NCBI GenBank assembly: GCA_013816135.1 | Contig: JACDEV010000001.1 | Span: forward strand, 28,994 to 92,993 | Reading direction: 5' to 3' | Origin: Patescibacteria group bacterium | Lineage (GTDB): Bacteria; Patescibacteriota; Minisyncoccia; Phycocordibacterales; DATDWN01 | DNA length: 64,000 bases | Shown: one piece after another, positions 8,949 to 18,620 of the stretch | How positions within the stretch are numbered: position 1 is the first letter of the stretch | Layout: every line of letters begins with the position of its first letter | Made by a program: the position numbers and the translations under genes | Notes under the pieces: generated by a model | The model's database searches: none | What the model was told of the DNA's origin: nothing | What the model saw: only the letters and a program-made list of their open reading frames with translations

Positions 8949-9419
8949 ATGAACGAATTTACTGCAAAGAAGTTAGGCGAGGTTTTGGCTTTCGCAAAAG
9001 TAGGCCAAGAAACTTTGGAAAAAGGTCAGTCTGCCCTATCGTCAGTTTTAGGTGAAGATGAAGTTGAAAAGATGACTTCTGCTTGTGAAGAACATCAGGA
9101 AGTTATCATGAGCTTAGCAAAAGCTGAAAACGTAGAAGAAGTAGTAACAAAGAAAATGGAAGCTACTAGCGAAAAGCTTCGAAAGATGCGAGACCTATAT
9201 GTCGGTGAGCAATGGGACAATCCAACGGAGCTTCTTGAGTGGTCAGGATTTTTTGAAGGAGCGGCTTTGGTGCATTGGTCACTGGTCAAAGGAGCGGGAG
9301 AAGCAAAAAATGACCCAAAGCTTGTTGACCTTGCAAAGATTGGTTTTGACTTCCACCAGAAGTTTCTAGATAAAGCCACAACCTTGCTACACAACGTAGG
9401 AAAAACCAAAGGAATATAA
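8949..9419 (+). CDS. Hypothetical protein (helical, possibly ferritin-like)
   Basis: 156-aa ORF with no diagnostic motif recognised. Confidence 0.35.
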   Translation: MNEFTAKKLGEVLAFAKVGQETLEKGQSALSSVLGEDEVEKMTSACEEHQEVIMSLAKAENVEEVVTKKMEATSEKLRKMRDLYVGEQWDNPTELLEWSGFFEGAALVHWSLVKGAGEAKNDPKLVDLAKIGFDFHQKFLDKATTLLHNVGKTKGI

Positions 9420-9456
9420 AAATAAGTTAAAATAATTAAAATTAACTAATAAAAAA

Positions 9457-9750
9457 ATGATTATAGTACACGACACTTTTGTTTGTAAACCAGGTAATGC
9501 GTCAAAATACGCTAAGATTTTTAAAGAAGTTATGGGTGGAGAAGAAAATGTTCTTAATGTGTTGACAGATATGACAGGGCAGTATCATCGAATAATAATG
9601 GTAAGCACTTATGAAAATCTCGCTGATTTTGAAAAATCATTTGAAAAGTATAATAATCCAACTCCAGAGATGACTGAAGCTATGAATAAAATGAAAGACT
9701 TTTCAGAAATGTATACAACGGGTTCAAGAGAGATCTTTAAGGTTTGGTAA
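9457..9750 (+). CDS. Hypothetical small protein (possibly Dabb/NIPSNAP-like alpha/beta barrel)
   Basis: 97-aa ORF. Confidence 0.3.
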   Translation: MIIVHDTFVCKPGNASKYAKIFKEVMGGEENVLNVLTDMTGQYHRIIMVSTYENLADFEKSFEKYNNPTPEMTEAMNKMKDFSEMYTTGSREIFKVW

Positions 9751-9812
9751 TAGAAGGACTCTTTTCTTTTTTTTAATTTATGGTATAGTTAAGAAAGAAA
9801 AGGAGTGAGTAA

Positions 9813-10688
9813 ATGAGTGGAAACTTGAATATCGGATCAGTGAACGGACACATAGTTGGAAGGGTCTTGAAAGAGACAGTTCGACGAGCAGCGGTGGTCA
9901 TCCGAAACGAAACGATGATCTTCGACGCGAGAACAAAGGAAAGCTACAGTGGGACGATGGACGATGTGTTCACGTCGGCAGATACGAAGGCACAAGCTCT
10001 CTACCTGCGTACCTTCGATGAATGCTTCCCTCTCTGTGGAGTCATCGGCGAGGAAAACAATCTTACGATCAAACCCGAAGAAGGGTGCACCGCGTATTTC
10101 ACGGTAGACCCTTTGGATGGAACCAAAGCCTATGTCCGTCGGCAATCCCATGGAGTTGCAACAATGGTTGCACTCGTGGACAAAGGTGAAGTTCTGTCCG
10201 CCTATATCGGAGATATCAACACCGACGAAGTGTATGGTTTCCGACCTGGTTCGAATAAAGTTTTCCGGATCACGAGATTGGATTCATTCGAAGAATTACT
10301 TCCCGGCAAAACGCTTGGAAGTCTCAAGGAAGCCCACTGCCTACTTCGGGATCCTGTCGAGATATACAGTACTTCCACTCAGACCCTCGTCAAGAAGTTC
10401 AAAAACTACGAGGTTATGGGGTCATCTATCGGTACCTGGATGGCACGACTTTGGAAACAAGAGATTCCTGCTGTGCTCATTGAAGCAGGATGGGAAACCC
10501 CATGGGATTCAACACCCATAATCGGAATTTCCCAGAAACTTGGATATGTGTTCCTCCGTCCTGGAGGATTAGGTCTTCCTGGAGAGCGTGTGTGGAAAAT
10601 ATTTCAACCCAAGCTTGTCCAAAAAAAAGAACGACGGAATCACGATACGTTAGTTATCCACGCAAACAATCTACATCTTCTCTACTGA
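9813..10688 (+). CDS. Inositol monophosphatase/CysQ family phosphatase
   Basis: Motifs VIGEEN, VDPLDGTKAY (DPxDGT) and ETPWDSTP (WD..); 291 aa; GC-richer than flanks. Confidence 0.6.
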   Translation: MSGNLNIGSVNGHIVGRVLKETVRRAAVVIRNETMIFDARTKESYSGTMDDVFTSADTKAQALYLRTFDECFPLCGVIGEENNLTIKPEEGCTAYFTVDPLDGTKAYVRRQSHGVATMVALVDKGEVLSAYIGDINTDEVYGFRPGSNKVFRITRLDSFEELLPGKTLGSLKEAHCLLRDPVEIYSTSTQTLVKKFKNYEVMGSSIGTWMARLWKQEIPAVLIEAGWETPWDSTPIIGISQKLGYVFLRPGGLGLPGERVWKIFQPKLVQKKERRNHDTLVIHANNLHLLY

Positions 10689-10697
10689 TCTTTACCC

Positions 10698-10733
10698 TAA
10701 AGGGTCCGCAGCAATGCGGACCCTTTCTTATAT
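10698..10733. terminator. Bidirectional terminator (AAAGGGTCCGC-AGCAAT-GCGGACCCTTT)
   Basis: 11-bp stem between the convergent genes 9813..10688 and dnaX, with T-rich sequence after it. Confidence 0.7.
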
Positions 10734-11774
10734 TTATTTATACTCTTTTATTATTTTCACCAGTGCCAGTTCAAGTGGAAGCTGAGGAATATACGCCCCA
10801 GTTGTTTTTTCATAAGCAGTAAGAAGTTCTATCATAGTTTGAGAACTGAAACTTCCCTCTTTCTTAGAAAGTTTTTCCGCAAAGCTAAATTCTTTTTCAG
10901 ATAGATCATTTTTTATTACAGATGGGGCGCCAAATCTTACAAGTAGCACAGCACGAGTTGTGTGTAATATAAGTTTTAGAAACACAGACATATCCACATT
11001 CTGGCTAGTAGCTTTTTTTACAGCTTCCAATCCTAGTGTTAAATCTTTTTCTGCAATAGCAGTTACAACATCATGAACCAATGTTATAGCTGGAGCTCCC
11101 GTCACCAATCTAACTTCATCTTCTGAAATTTTCTTATCTTTACTATAAGCTAGAATTTTTTGAATAATTCCTTGAGTGTCTCGAAAAGATCCATCCCCAA
11201 GAAGTGCCACCAATTCTGCAGAAGCCTCGTCAATAATATAACCTTCTTTTTTTGCAATATTTATAACAACTTTTTTCAAAACCTCTTGGCTAGGTTTTTT
11301 GAATGTATAAACTTCGCAACGTGAAAGAACTGTTTCCGGAATTTTGTGAGTTTCAGTAGTGGCCAGAATAAAAACAACATGAGCAGGTGGTTCTTCCAGA
11401 GTCTTTAATAATGCATTTGCTGCAGCCTTTGAAAGCATATGGACTTCGTCCAAGATATAAACTTTGTATTTTGATTCGAAAGGAAGAGTAAAAACTGATT
11501 CATTCAATGCTCGAATGTCATCGATGGAAGTATTTGATGCTGCATCTATTTCATAAATATCGTTCTTACTAGTTCCAATGGTGCTAGCAAAAATTCTAGC
11601 AACAGAAGTCTTTCCTGTTCCACGAGTCCCTGAAAAAAGATAAGCGTGAGAAATTTCACCAGATTTTGCTTCTGCTTCCAAGACTTTCACTATATGTTCT
11701 TGACCAATTACGTCTGCAAACTTTGCAGGTCGATATTTTCTATAGAGTGCTTCTGACATATTTAGAACTTTCAT
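10734..11774 (-). CDS. dnaX: DNA polymerase III subunit gamma/tau (short form)
   Basis: YRPAKFADVIGQEHIVKVL...AYLFSGTRGTGKTSVARIFA (Walker A) and DEVHMLS (Walker B). Confidence 0.85.
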   Translation of the reverse strand: MKVLNMSEALYRKYRPAKFADVIGQEHIVKVLEAEAKSGEISHAYLFSGTRGTGKTSVARIFASTIGTSKNDIYEIDAASNTSIDDIRALNESVFTLPFESKYKVYILDEVHMLSKAAANALLKTLEEPPAHVVFILATTETHKIPETVLSRCEVYTFKKPSQEVLKKVVINIAKKEGYIIDEASAELVALLGDGSFRDTQGIIQKILAYSKDKKISEDEVRLVTGAPAITLVHDVVTAIAEKDLTLGLEAVKKATSQNVDMSVFLKLILHTTRAVLLVRFGAPSVIKNDLSEKEFSFAEKLSKKEGSFSSQTMIELLTAYEKTTGAYIPQLPLELALVKIIKEYK

Positions 11775-11914
11775 ATTTGGTCGATTTCTTTGTCGGAGTT
11801 CAAAAAATAATTCTCATCTTATATCGTATAAGCCTCCAATTATTTTTCTTCTCCTCCTTGAACTCACCTCAAATCTGTAAGTTCTACTAGTATAACTTAT
11901 AATTTTGAAAACAA

Positions 11915-11945
11915 AAAAACCGCTTGCATTGCAAGACGGATTCTG
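11915..11945 (-). terminator. Terminator hairpin + T7 carrying the shared motif GGTTTTTTTGTTTTCAAAAT
   Basis: Minus-strand CCGTCTTGCAATGCAAGCGG followed by T7. The flanking 21-nt motif recurs at 12366-12386. Confidence 0.55.
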
Positions 11946-11984
11946 GCACCACCGAGCCAAAAATAGCTCGGTGGCTGAGTAGGT

Positions 11985-12314
11985 TCAGCTCAAACAGTCG
12001 GGATAGTCACTGTTTATGGAATTGCAATTGTTCGTCCAGTGTTCGCGCAAACATGGATCCTTCAATAGGAATCCCTCTTTTCCATTGTAGCTGAGTTCGA
12101 AGTTGTTTATTATCATTTGTTCCCAAGCCCTTAGAATATCTGATGATAATTGAGAAAGTCCGAAACTCTCACGAATGAGGTTGTGTCCTTTAAATGATAT
12201 GTCCTCACACTCACAACAGATCTGAATGTGAATCGGTTTCACTTCGTTCTTATGTGCGGGTACGCGCATTATGACTCGTTTGCATTCCGGACAAACGACA
12301 CATCGCTCAAACAT
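11985..12314 (-). CDS. Small Cys-rich zinc-ribbon protein, hypothetical
   Basis: CVVCPECKRV...CCECED. 109 aa. Confidence 0.45.
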   Translation of the reverse strand: MFERCVVCPECKRVIMRVPAHKNEVKPIHIQICCECEDISFKGHNLIRESFGLSQLSSDILRAWEQMIINNFELSYNGKEGFLLKDPCLREHWTNNCNSINSDYPDCLS

Positions 12315-12365
12315 ATCGAGACCTCCAGATCAATTTGCTTTATCTGTTTAAACCATAACATATTG

Positions 12366-12445
12366 ATGAAAAATTTTGAAAACAAAAAAACCGAGCTCAA
12401 TGAGTCGGTATTCGTAACCACGGCAGGCAAAGCCTGCCGTGGTTA
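12366..12445 (-). terminator. Tandem-hairpin terminator (12-bp perfect stem ACCACGGCAGGC/GCCTGCCGTGGT, then a second hairpin, then T7) with the shared motif
   Basis: Minus strand reads AACCACGGCAGGCTTTGCCTGCCGTGGTT...CCGACTCATTGAGCTCGG TTTTTTTGTTTTCAAAAT; downstream of 12453..12797. Confidence 0.6.
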
Positions 12446-12452
12446 GATATTC

Positions 12453-12797
12453 TTACGCTCCGTCGTCTTCTGTTTTACTACGATAAGGAGTCTCGTAATC
12501 AGAAGGAGTTGGATAAGATTGATAATCTACCAATTCGTTTACTTGACGTTCCAAACTATGGAGGATACGCCTTCTTACAAGGAAGCCGTATTCTTTCAAA
12601 CTTGAATAAGGTAAAACATCCGCAGTCAGGTTTGGAGACCTTAGAAGTTCCACTCTGGAACATGCTCCGCAAACCCGAAGTCCGAAGAACTGTTGTTCAG
12701 TCTTGGTAGAAGTCTTGCCGCACTTTTTTCCACACCCTCGGCAGTAGACAGGTACCGTTCTAATCTCCATCCGACACCTCCGCGAACTTGAGGACAA
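12453..12797 (-). CDS. Small Cys-rich zinc-ribbon protein, hypothetical (likely distant paralog of 11985..12314)
   Basis: CRGCGKKCG...CGAC; a shared L..L(S/T)(S/A)D(I/V)L segment; 114 aa. Confidence 0.45.
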   Translation of the reverse strand: MSSSSRRCRMEIRTVPVYCRGCGKKCGKTSTKTEQQFFGLRVCGACSRVELLRSPNLTADVLPYSSLKEYGFLVRRRILHSLERQVNELVDYQSYPTPSDYETPYRSKTEDDGA

Positions 12798-12829
12798 AGA
12801 AACTTTCTCTTTTTAAACACTATCATAAT

Positions 12830-13165
12830 TCTAGAAAAAAAAGCAATAAATAAAATATAAAAAACACCTGCCGTGATGGAAGATGTGTGTGCTTTACTGG
12901 CTCTCGCTCCAAGATGGAGCGAGAGCCAGTATGGAAGGTGCTGCGATCTACACTACTGGTAAAAATTGTATTTTTCCTAGCCCTACGGATTTGTACTTTT
13001 ACATACCTCACCGCAGGGTCGATGAGCAGTTGGGAGCCTCCTTTTGTCCGATTTATTAGGTTCGGACAGGAATTACGCGTAATGTGGACATTGCCTCAAC
13101 AGAGGGATGGCACATCAGGGCGTCTCTTTCTAAGTAGAACCCTATCACAGACCAATAATGTGTCA
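12830..13165 (-). other. Structured non-coding leader/ncRNA candidate between dus and the zinc-ribbon gene
   Basis: About 330 nt without a credible ORF. Contains a 12-bp perfect hairpin GGCTCTCGCTCC-AAGAT-GGAGCGAGAGCC (12899-12927), the palindrome ATTACGCGTAAT, and a minus-strand T6 run about 35 nt after the hairpin. Confidence 0.35.
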
Positions 13166-13169
13166 AATA

Positions 13170-14153
13170 CTATTGTTTTAGATAATCTTCTACTATTTCT
13201 TCCACTTCTTTTGCATCTTTAGCTTCCATAAGTTTCATCCGTAGTTCCTTAGCACCATCCCATCCATTCACATAAGCCTTATAATGTTTTTTCATTATAG
13301 CAAAGCTTTTTTGAGGAAGTAATTCTTCAAAAAGTTTAGTGTGCTCTACCATCACTCTTAATCTATCGGGAATAGAGACTTCTTCTCTCTTTACTTCCCT
13401 ACTAAAACACCAAGGGTTTCCAAAAATTGCTCGTCCAAGCATTACGCCATCACATCTAGTTTCTACAACTTTATTTTCCGCATCTACAAGATCTGTTACG
13501 TCCCCATTTCCAAAAATAAGAGTTTCACTTTTTTTTCCATTAGAATCAACAAAGTTATCACGTATTTCAACTGCTCTCTTTATATGTTCCCATCTGGCAG
13601 GAACAGAAGACATTTCTTTTCTAGTTCTCGCATGGATAGTTATTATTGCGGGATTTGTCTCAAGTAACACAGGAAGCCAAGTTTCAAGTTCATTTCTGTT
13701 ATATCCGATACGAGTTTTCACACTTACCGGCAAATCTTTGCCATTTTTCTTTGCTCCTCGCATAGCTGCCAAAATAACTTCTTGGGAGTTCTTGAAGTTC
13801 TTTATATGGGCTGAGCCTGAACCTTGCTTTTCAATTGGCACTGCAGGACATCCCATATTCAAATCTATACCATCAAAACCAAGATCACATGCTAATTCCG
13901 CAGCTTTTTCTATCATCTCAGCTTTACCAGAAAAAAACTGGGCAACTATTGGTCGTTCTTCTTCGGTAAACGCTAAATCCTTTATCAAGTGATTATAACC
14001 TCCCAGAAAAAGTCCATCGGCAGAAACAAATTCTGTCCACATAACATCTGGCTTTCCATACTTGGCAATTATCCGCCGAAAAGCCGGATCTGTAACATCG
14101 GCCATAGGAGCTAGCACCATTATTGGTTTTTTTAAGTCTTTCCAAAAATTCAT
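13170..14153 (-). CDS. dus: tRNA-dihydrouridine synthase
   Basis: IMVLAPMADVTDPAFRRI...TIHARTR...GNGDV TIM-barrel Dus motifs; 327 aa. Confidence 0.8.
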   Translation of the reverse strand: MNFWKDLKKPIMVLAPMADVTDPAFRRIIAKYGKPDVMWTEFVSADGLFLGGYNHLIKDLAFTEEERPIVAQFFSGKAEMIEKAAELACDLGFDGIDLNMGCPAVPIEKQGSGSAHIKNFKNSQEVILAAMRGAKKNGKDLPVSVKTRIGYNRNELETWLPVLLETNPAIITIHARTRKEMSSVPARWEHIKRAVEIRDNFVDSNGKKSETLIFGNGDVTDLVDAENKVVETRCDGVMLGRAIFGNPWCFSREVKREEVSIPDRLRVMVEHTKLFEELLPQKSFAIMKKHYKAYVNGWDGAKELRMKLMEAKDAKEVEEIVEDYLKQ

Positions 14154-14208
14154 GAATTGACTATATTATATTTATTCTATATAAACAATTAAAGAGGAAA
14201 CTAATCAT

Positions 14209-14832
14209 ATGAACAAACCGAAATTAACAGTCTTTGCATCGGGATCTAAAACAGGAGGCGGATCAGGTTTCGAAAACTTGGTTAAAGCTTCTCGTAACGG
14301 AATTCTAGATGCAGAAATACGTGTAGTTTCCAGCCGTGAAAATACAGGTGTTAAAAAGATCGCAGATGAGCTAGGAGTGCCGTTCACATATTCAGCAGGA
14401 CCATGGACCAAAGAGACATATCAAGAACTCGCTAAGGGTTCAGACTTTGTCGCCCTCTCTGGGTGGCTGAAGCTAGTTACTGGTCTTGATCCTCGAACGA
14501 CTTTCAATATCCATCCTGGACCTCTTCCTCGATTTGGTGGCGAGCGCATGTATGGGCATTATGTACACGAAGCCGTAATAGAAGCCTTCAATCGTGGTGA
14601 AATCACACACTCCGCAGTGACAATGCACTTCGTGACTGAGAAATTTGATGAAGGCCCAGTATTCTTTCGGAAAGCCATCGAGATTATCCCCGGCGATACT
14701 GCCGACAGCCTTAGTGCACGAGTTAACACTGTTGAGCATCTATACCAACCGATCGTTACGGATGCAGTTCTGAAGGGCAAAATTTGGTGGGATGGCAAGA
14801 ACCCAGACTCACTACATTCGATCTATATATAG
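14209..14832 (+). CDS. Formyltransferase family protein, phosphoribosylglycinamide formyltransferase (PurN)-like
   Basis: NIHPGPLPRFGGERMYGHYVHEAV and FDEGPV correspond to the formyl-transferase N/H/D motifs; 207 aa. Confidence 0.55.
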   Translation: MNKPKLTVFASGSKTGGGSGFENLVKASRNGILDAEIRVVSSRENTGVKKIADELGVPFTYSAGPWTKETYQELAKGSDFVALSGWLKLVTGLDPRTTFNIHPGPLPRFGGERMYGHYVHEAVIEAFNRGEITHSAVTMHFVTEKFDEGPVFFRKAIEIIPGDTADSLSARVNTVEHLYQPIVTDAVLKGKIWWDGKNPDSLHSIYI

Positions 14833-14842
14833 AAGAGTAGGT

Positions 14843-14880
14843 AAATCCGCGTTGAAAGACGCGGATTTCGTTTATTTCAA
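14843..14880. terminator. Bidirectional terminator (AAATCCGCG-TTGAAAGA-CGCGGATTT + T-rich)
   Basis: 9-bp stem between convergent genes. Confidence 0.65.
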
Positions 14881-15735
14881 TTTATAAAATAATTTATTAC
14901 CGTAACGCATATCGATGTATTGTATAGGAAGGTCTGGAGTTGAACTTGCAACAAATACTTTTGATTTTAGAAGTGCAACTAGATTTTCCATTACTTTAGA
15001 AAGTGACTCTTTAGTATCAAAATAAATTTCTCCCCCTCCACGCAATACTAGTGAATACTCGCCTCCGCCTTTGGAAACAAGATAGATTGGATGCAAGGAA
15101 ATTGAGCGAGTAAAATCAATGAATCTAGATATCTCACTAAATTCTGTACTAGAGGCTATATACTGTGAACCAATAGGACTGCTTGATGAAATTTCTCCAT
15201 AATATTTGAAATAAGCATCTCCCGAAAAGTAAGGTGATTCTGCAAATATAGTGCTATTTTGATCTAAAAAATAACATTGCTCAGTTACAGAATTATTCGG
15301 TAAATTGTCACACCAAATAGCAAAGGGCTTTTTCTCAGTAATGACAATTGAAAGTGTGTGAAAATTCTTTGGAGAAATTTTTATGGTGTCAATTCTTTTG
15401 AATATATCTCTCAAATCATTCTCCAAATGTATTTTTGGATACCAAAAATAATTATTCTTGGGATACAGCCAAAAATATGATCCTCCCAAAAAATCCAAGG
15501 ATTCTCTTTCAATTTCATTTGAAGTAAGAAGGATTCCACCCGACAGCTCGACTTTTGAAATCCTAAGTTTTTGACGATAAGAAATAAAAGAAGATAATCC
15601 TAGTATAAAAAAAATAACAACAAGAATAATGGTATACCTAATAAGCCTTTTATTTCGCTTTTTTTTTAAATACTCCTCACGTTGTGGAAGATTGTTAAAT
15701 GACATAATAATTCTTTTAAAAACAGAACAAAACAA
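14872..15735 (-). CDS. FtsQ/DivIB-like cell-division protein (single TM + POTRA-like domain)
   Basis: Basic N-terminus KKKRNKRLIRY, one TM helix and a periplasmic beta-rich domain. The position in a cell-division/replication neighbourhood supports the call. Confidence 0.4.
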   Translation of the reverse strand: MFCSVFKRIIMSFNNLPQREEYLKKKRNKRLIRYTIILVVIFFILGLSSFISYRQKLRISKVELSGGILLTSNEIERESLDFLGGSYFWLYPKNNYFWYPKIHLENDLRDIFKRIDTIKISPKNFHTLSIVITEKKPFAIWCDNLPNNSVTEQCYFLDQNSTIFAESPYFSGDAYFKYYGEISSSSPIGSQYIASSTEFSEISRFIDFTRSISLHPIYLVSKGGGEYSLVLRGGGEIYFDTKESLSKVMENLVALLKSKVFVASSTPDLPIQYIDMRYGNKLFYKLK

Positions 15736-15748
15736 ACAAAACTATTAT

Positions 15749-17044
15749 CTATTTTTTAGATATGATAGTTTGTCCGCCCATATAAGGTTGTAGGACTTCT
15801 GGAATTTTTATTGAACCATCAGCTTGCTGATAATTCTCTACTATCATAATTAAGGGACGTCCGGATAAAGCCGTGTTGTTGAGTGAGTGAGCAAACTTCA
15901 TTTTTCCATCGTCGTCTCTATATCGTATATTCAACCTTCGTGTCTGGAAGTCATGGAAATAAGAAGCAGAGCCGGTTTCCCTGTATGTATTTTCAGATGG
16001 CATCCAAACCTCAATATCATATTTTTTTACTTGGCCCAATCCTAAGTCTCCACCGCAGTTTACGACAACATGATAAGGCAATCCCAAAGCTTCAGTGATC
16101 TCTTCAGAATTCCTTTCTATTTCTTCATGATGCTTAACTGATTCAGCATGAGATGCTTCACAAAGAACCACTTGTTCAAATTTATAAAATTCATGGACCC
16201 TAAGAATGCCTTTCGTATCTTTTCCATGACTACCTGCTTCTCGTCTAAAAGCCGAAGAAAAAGCTAAAGTCTTTAGAGGTAAATCTTTCTTATCTACAAC
16301 TTCATCCATGTAGTAGCCCATTGTTGCAACTTCGGCAGTACCTGATAAATATTCTCCGTCTTGAGTTTTATAAAGATCTTCTTCTCCTTGTGGAAGATAG
16401 CCTGTGCCCATAAGCAATTCTCTTTTTAATAAAGACGGTACTATCATTTGTGTCCAATCTTGTTTTCCCGCTTCAGAACCTGCACCTTTCTTATAAAAAA
16501 ACTCTTGTACGAACTGCCATAAAGCAAACTGCAATCTTGCGCCATCCCCTTTCAAAAAATATCCACGGAAACCTGCGACTTTTGTACCTCGCTCAAGATC
16601 AAGCATATCCAAATCCTGCATCAGTTCTACATGATTCTTTGGAGTAAAATCAAATTTTGGAATTTCTCCCCAAACCTTTACTTCTTTATTATCTTTATCA
16701 TCTATACCATCCGGAACTGACATATCGGGAATATTAGGAACAGCTACCATGAGTTTTTGCCACTGAAGCATGACATCCTTCAACTCTTCCTGTTCTTTTT
16801 GTAATTCCTCCTTCAATATTTTCATCTCAGCTATCATCTGAGATTTTTCAGCTTGATCTTCAGTTCTTACCATTTTCTCGCTGACCTCATTTTGTTCTGC
16901 CTTTTTTTTATCTGTGGAAAGTATGAGCTCACGTCTTCGGTCATCAATCTTTAGCAGTGCTTCAACATCAAAATCTATATGCTTCTTTACAGCTCCCGCA
17001 GAAATAAGATCTTTATTTTCTCGAATGAATTTAATATCCAACAT
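15749..17044 (-). CDS. serS: Seryl-tRNA synthetase
   Basis: N-terminal coiled-coil arm (MLDIKFIRENKDLI...) and a class II catalytic core with motifs FRRE...GILRVHEF...GSALNNT-like (SLNNTALSGRPL). Confidence 0.85.
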   Translation of the reverse strand: MLDIKFIRENKDLISAGAVKKHIDFDVEALLKIDDRRRELILSTDKKKAEQNEVSEKMVRTEDQAEKSQMIAEMKILKEELQKEQEELKDVMLQWQKLMVAVPNIPDMSVPDGIDDKDNKEVKVWGEIPKFDFTPKNHVELMQDLDMLDLERGTKVAGFRGYFLKGDGARLQFALWQFVQEFFYKKGAGSEAGKQDWTQMIVPSLLKRELLMGTGYLPQGEEDLYKTQDGEYLSGTAEVATMGYYMDEVVDKKDLPLKTLAFSSAFRREAGSHGKDTKGILRVHEFYKFEQVVLCEASHAESVKHHEEIERNSEEITEALGLPYHVVVNCGGDLGLGQVKKYDIEVWMPSENTYRETGSASYFHDFQTRRLNIRYRDDDGKMKFAHSLNNTALSGRPLIMIVENYQQADGSIKIPEVLQPYMGGQTIISKK

Positions 17045-17118
17045 AATATATATAGTATCAAAAGGTCACAGATATGAGAATAGCGGGACCTTCCGGGCCC
17101 GCTATGAATTCAAACATT

Positions 17119-17650
17119 TTAGTTTTTCTTTTTAGGTGGCCACGGCTCGCTGAACTTTCGAAGCTCAGAACTAAGCACCCATAACGGATTTCTTTCTCCA
17201 CTCTGAAAGCTTACGACCTTGCGTGGATTCCGCCAACCTGAACACATTACTTTTTTATTTCTGAGTTGTCCGATTGAGAGCACTTCGCGACATTTCAGGG
17301 TATCCATCGGATGCACCATATCTTTACCTACGATGCAATAACAAGAAATATCCTTTTTCAATCTAACTTGTTCTCTCAATAGATTATCTCCTACTCTGCA
17401 TGGGATTATTGTTGACCTCTTCCCATGCATTCGAACATTCAGATTGCAGGAAGTAGAAGACTGTGTGATGTGACGGAAAACAAAACGGAATAGCGTTATG
17501 TTTCTCCTTATTGTATGTCACTACTTCCACTCCCTGGATCTCTATGAGTTCACCTTCTCTTACCCAGTTTCCTGTCCTAACACAGTCTCCTTTGGGAGAA
17601 CTCCAGAGATGTCTCACTTCTTTCTTCATTCGAACTAACTTCCTGAGCAT
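17119..17650 (-). CDS. Hypothetical protein; two overlapping ORFs (88 aa + 103 aa) that may be one frameshifted gene
   Basis: ORFs 17384..17650 and 17119..17430 overlap by ~47 nt in different frames. Both are GC-rich and no family was recognised. Confidence 0.25.
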
Positions 17651-17721
17651 ATGCCCTCCGAAAGATACCTTACACTAATTTAACAAAATTTCAACAATCT
17701 AATCTGATACAATATATATGT

Positions 17722-18576
17722 ATGGAAATAAAGGATTTATCAAAAAAAGAGTTTCCTTCTCTACTTAAAGAAATAAATGATCCACCGAAATCTCTTCGGA
17801 TAATTGGAAATTTCCCAAAAACTGAAAAATATCTTTGTGTTGTAGGGTCTCGAAAGTATAGTGATTATGGACGGGCGGTTTGTGAAAAGTTGATTGAAGG
17901 TCTGTCGGGCTATTCCATAACAATAGTCTCTGGTCTAGCACTTGGTATTGATGCTATTGCCCATCGCGCTGCGCTAAAAGCAGGACTTCCAACTATTGCC
18001 GTTCCAGGTTCTGGACTTAGCGAAAAATCACTTTATCCAAAAACCAATGTTCTCTTAGCTAAAGAAATTGTTGAAAATGGCGGCGCATTAATATCAGAAT
18101 TTCCCGATGATTTTCTACCTCGACCTTACAGCTTTCCACAAAGAAACAGAATAATGGCAGGTATGTGTCATGCAACTTTTATTATCGAAGCAGAACTTAA
18201 ATCAGGAACTCTAATAACTTCAAAATATGCAATCGAATACAATAGAGATGTATTCACTGTTCCAAATTCTATATTTTCAAAAACTTCAGAAGGTCCTCAC
18301 ATGCTTTTAAGGCTAGGTGCGACACCAATAACACAATCAAGTGACATAATCAGCGCGCTTGGATTACAGGCGCATGATGATCTTTTTCAGAAGAAAAACT
18401 ATTCAAACTGTTCGAGTGACGAGCATGAGATTATTAATATTTTAAATGAACCATTATCACGAGATGAGATTATCCGTCGACTAGGGAAACCTGTCTACGT
18501 AACACAGACAATATTAGCCACTATGGAAATCAAAAACCTTATAGAAGAAACTATGGGAGAGATCCACCTAAGGTAG
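17722..18576 (+). CDS. dprA: DNA processing protein DprA/Smf
   Basis: Rossmann-like VVGSRKYSDYG...IVSGLALGIDAIAHRAAL...TIAVPGSGL. Confidence 0.8.
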   Translation: MEIKDLSKKEFPSLLKEINDPPKSLRIIGNFPKTEKYLCVVGSRKYSDYGRAVCEKLIEGLSGYSITIVSGLALGIDAIAHRAALKAGLPTIAVPGSGLSEKSLYPKTNVLLAKEIVENGGALISEFPDDFLPRPYSFPQRNRIMAGMCHATFIIEAELKSGTLITSKYAIEYNRDVFTVPNSIFSKTSEGPHMLLRLGATPITQSSDIISALGLQAHDDLFQKKNYSNCSSDEHEIINILNEPLSRDEIIRRLGKPVYVTQTILATMEIKNLIEETMGEIHLR

Positions 18577-18620
18577 TTGCTAAACAAATATTCTTTGATA
18601 TTCTAAAAGTTGGAGGTAGC

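Noticed and set aside
12887-13222. 111-aa plus-strand ORF in the dus 3' intergenic region
   Set aside because: It overlaps the dus 3' end and the structured non-coding region, and the composition is biased. It is treated as non-coding.
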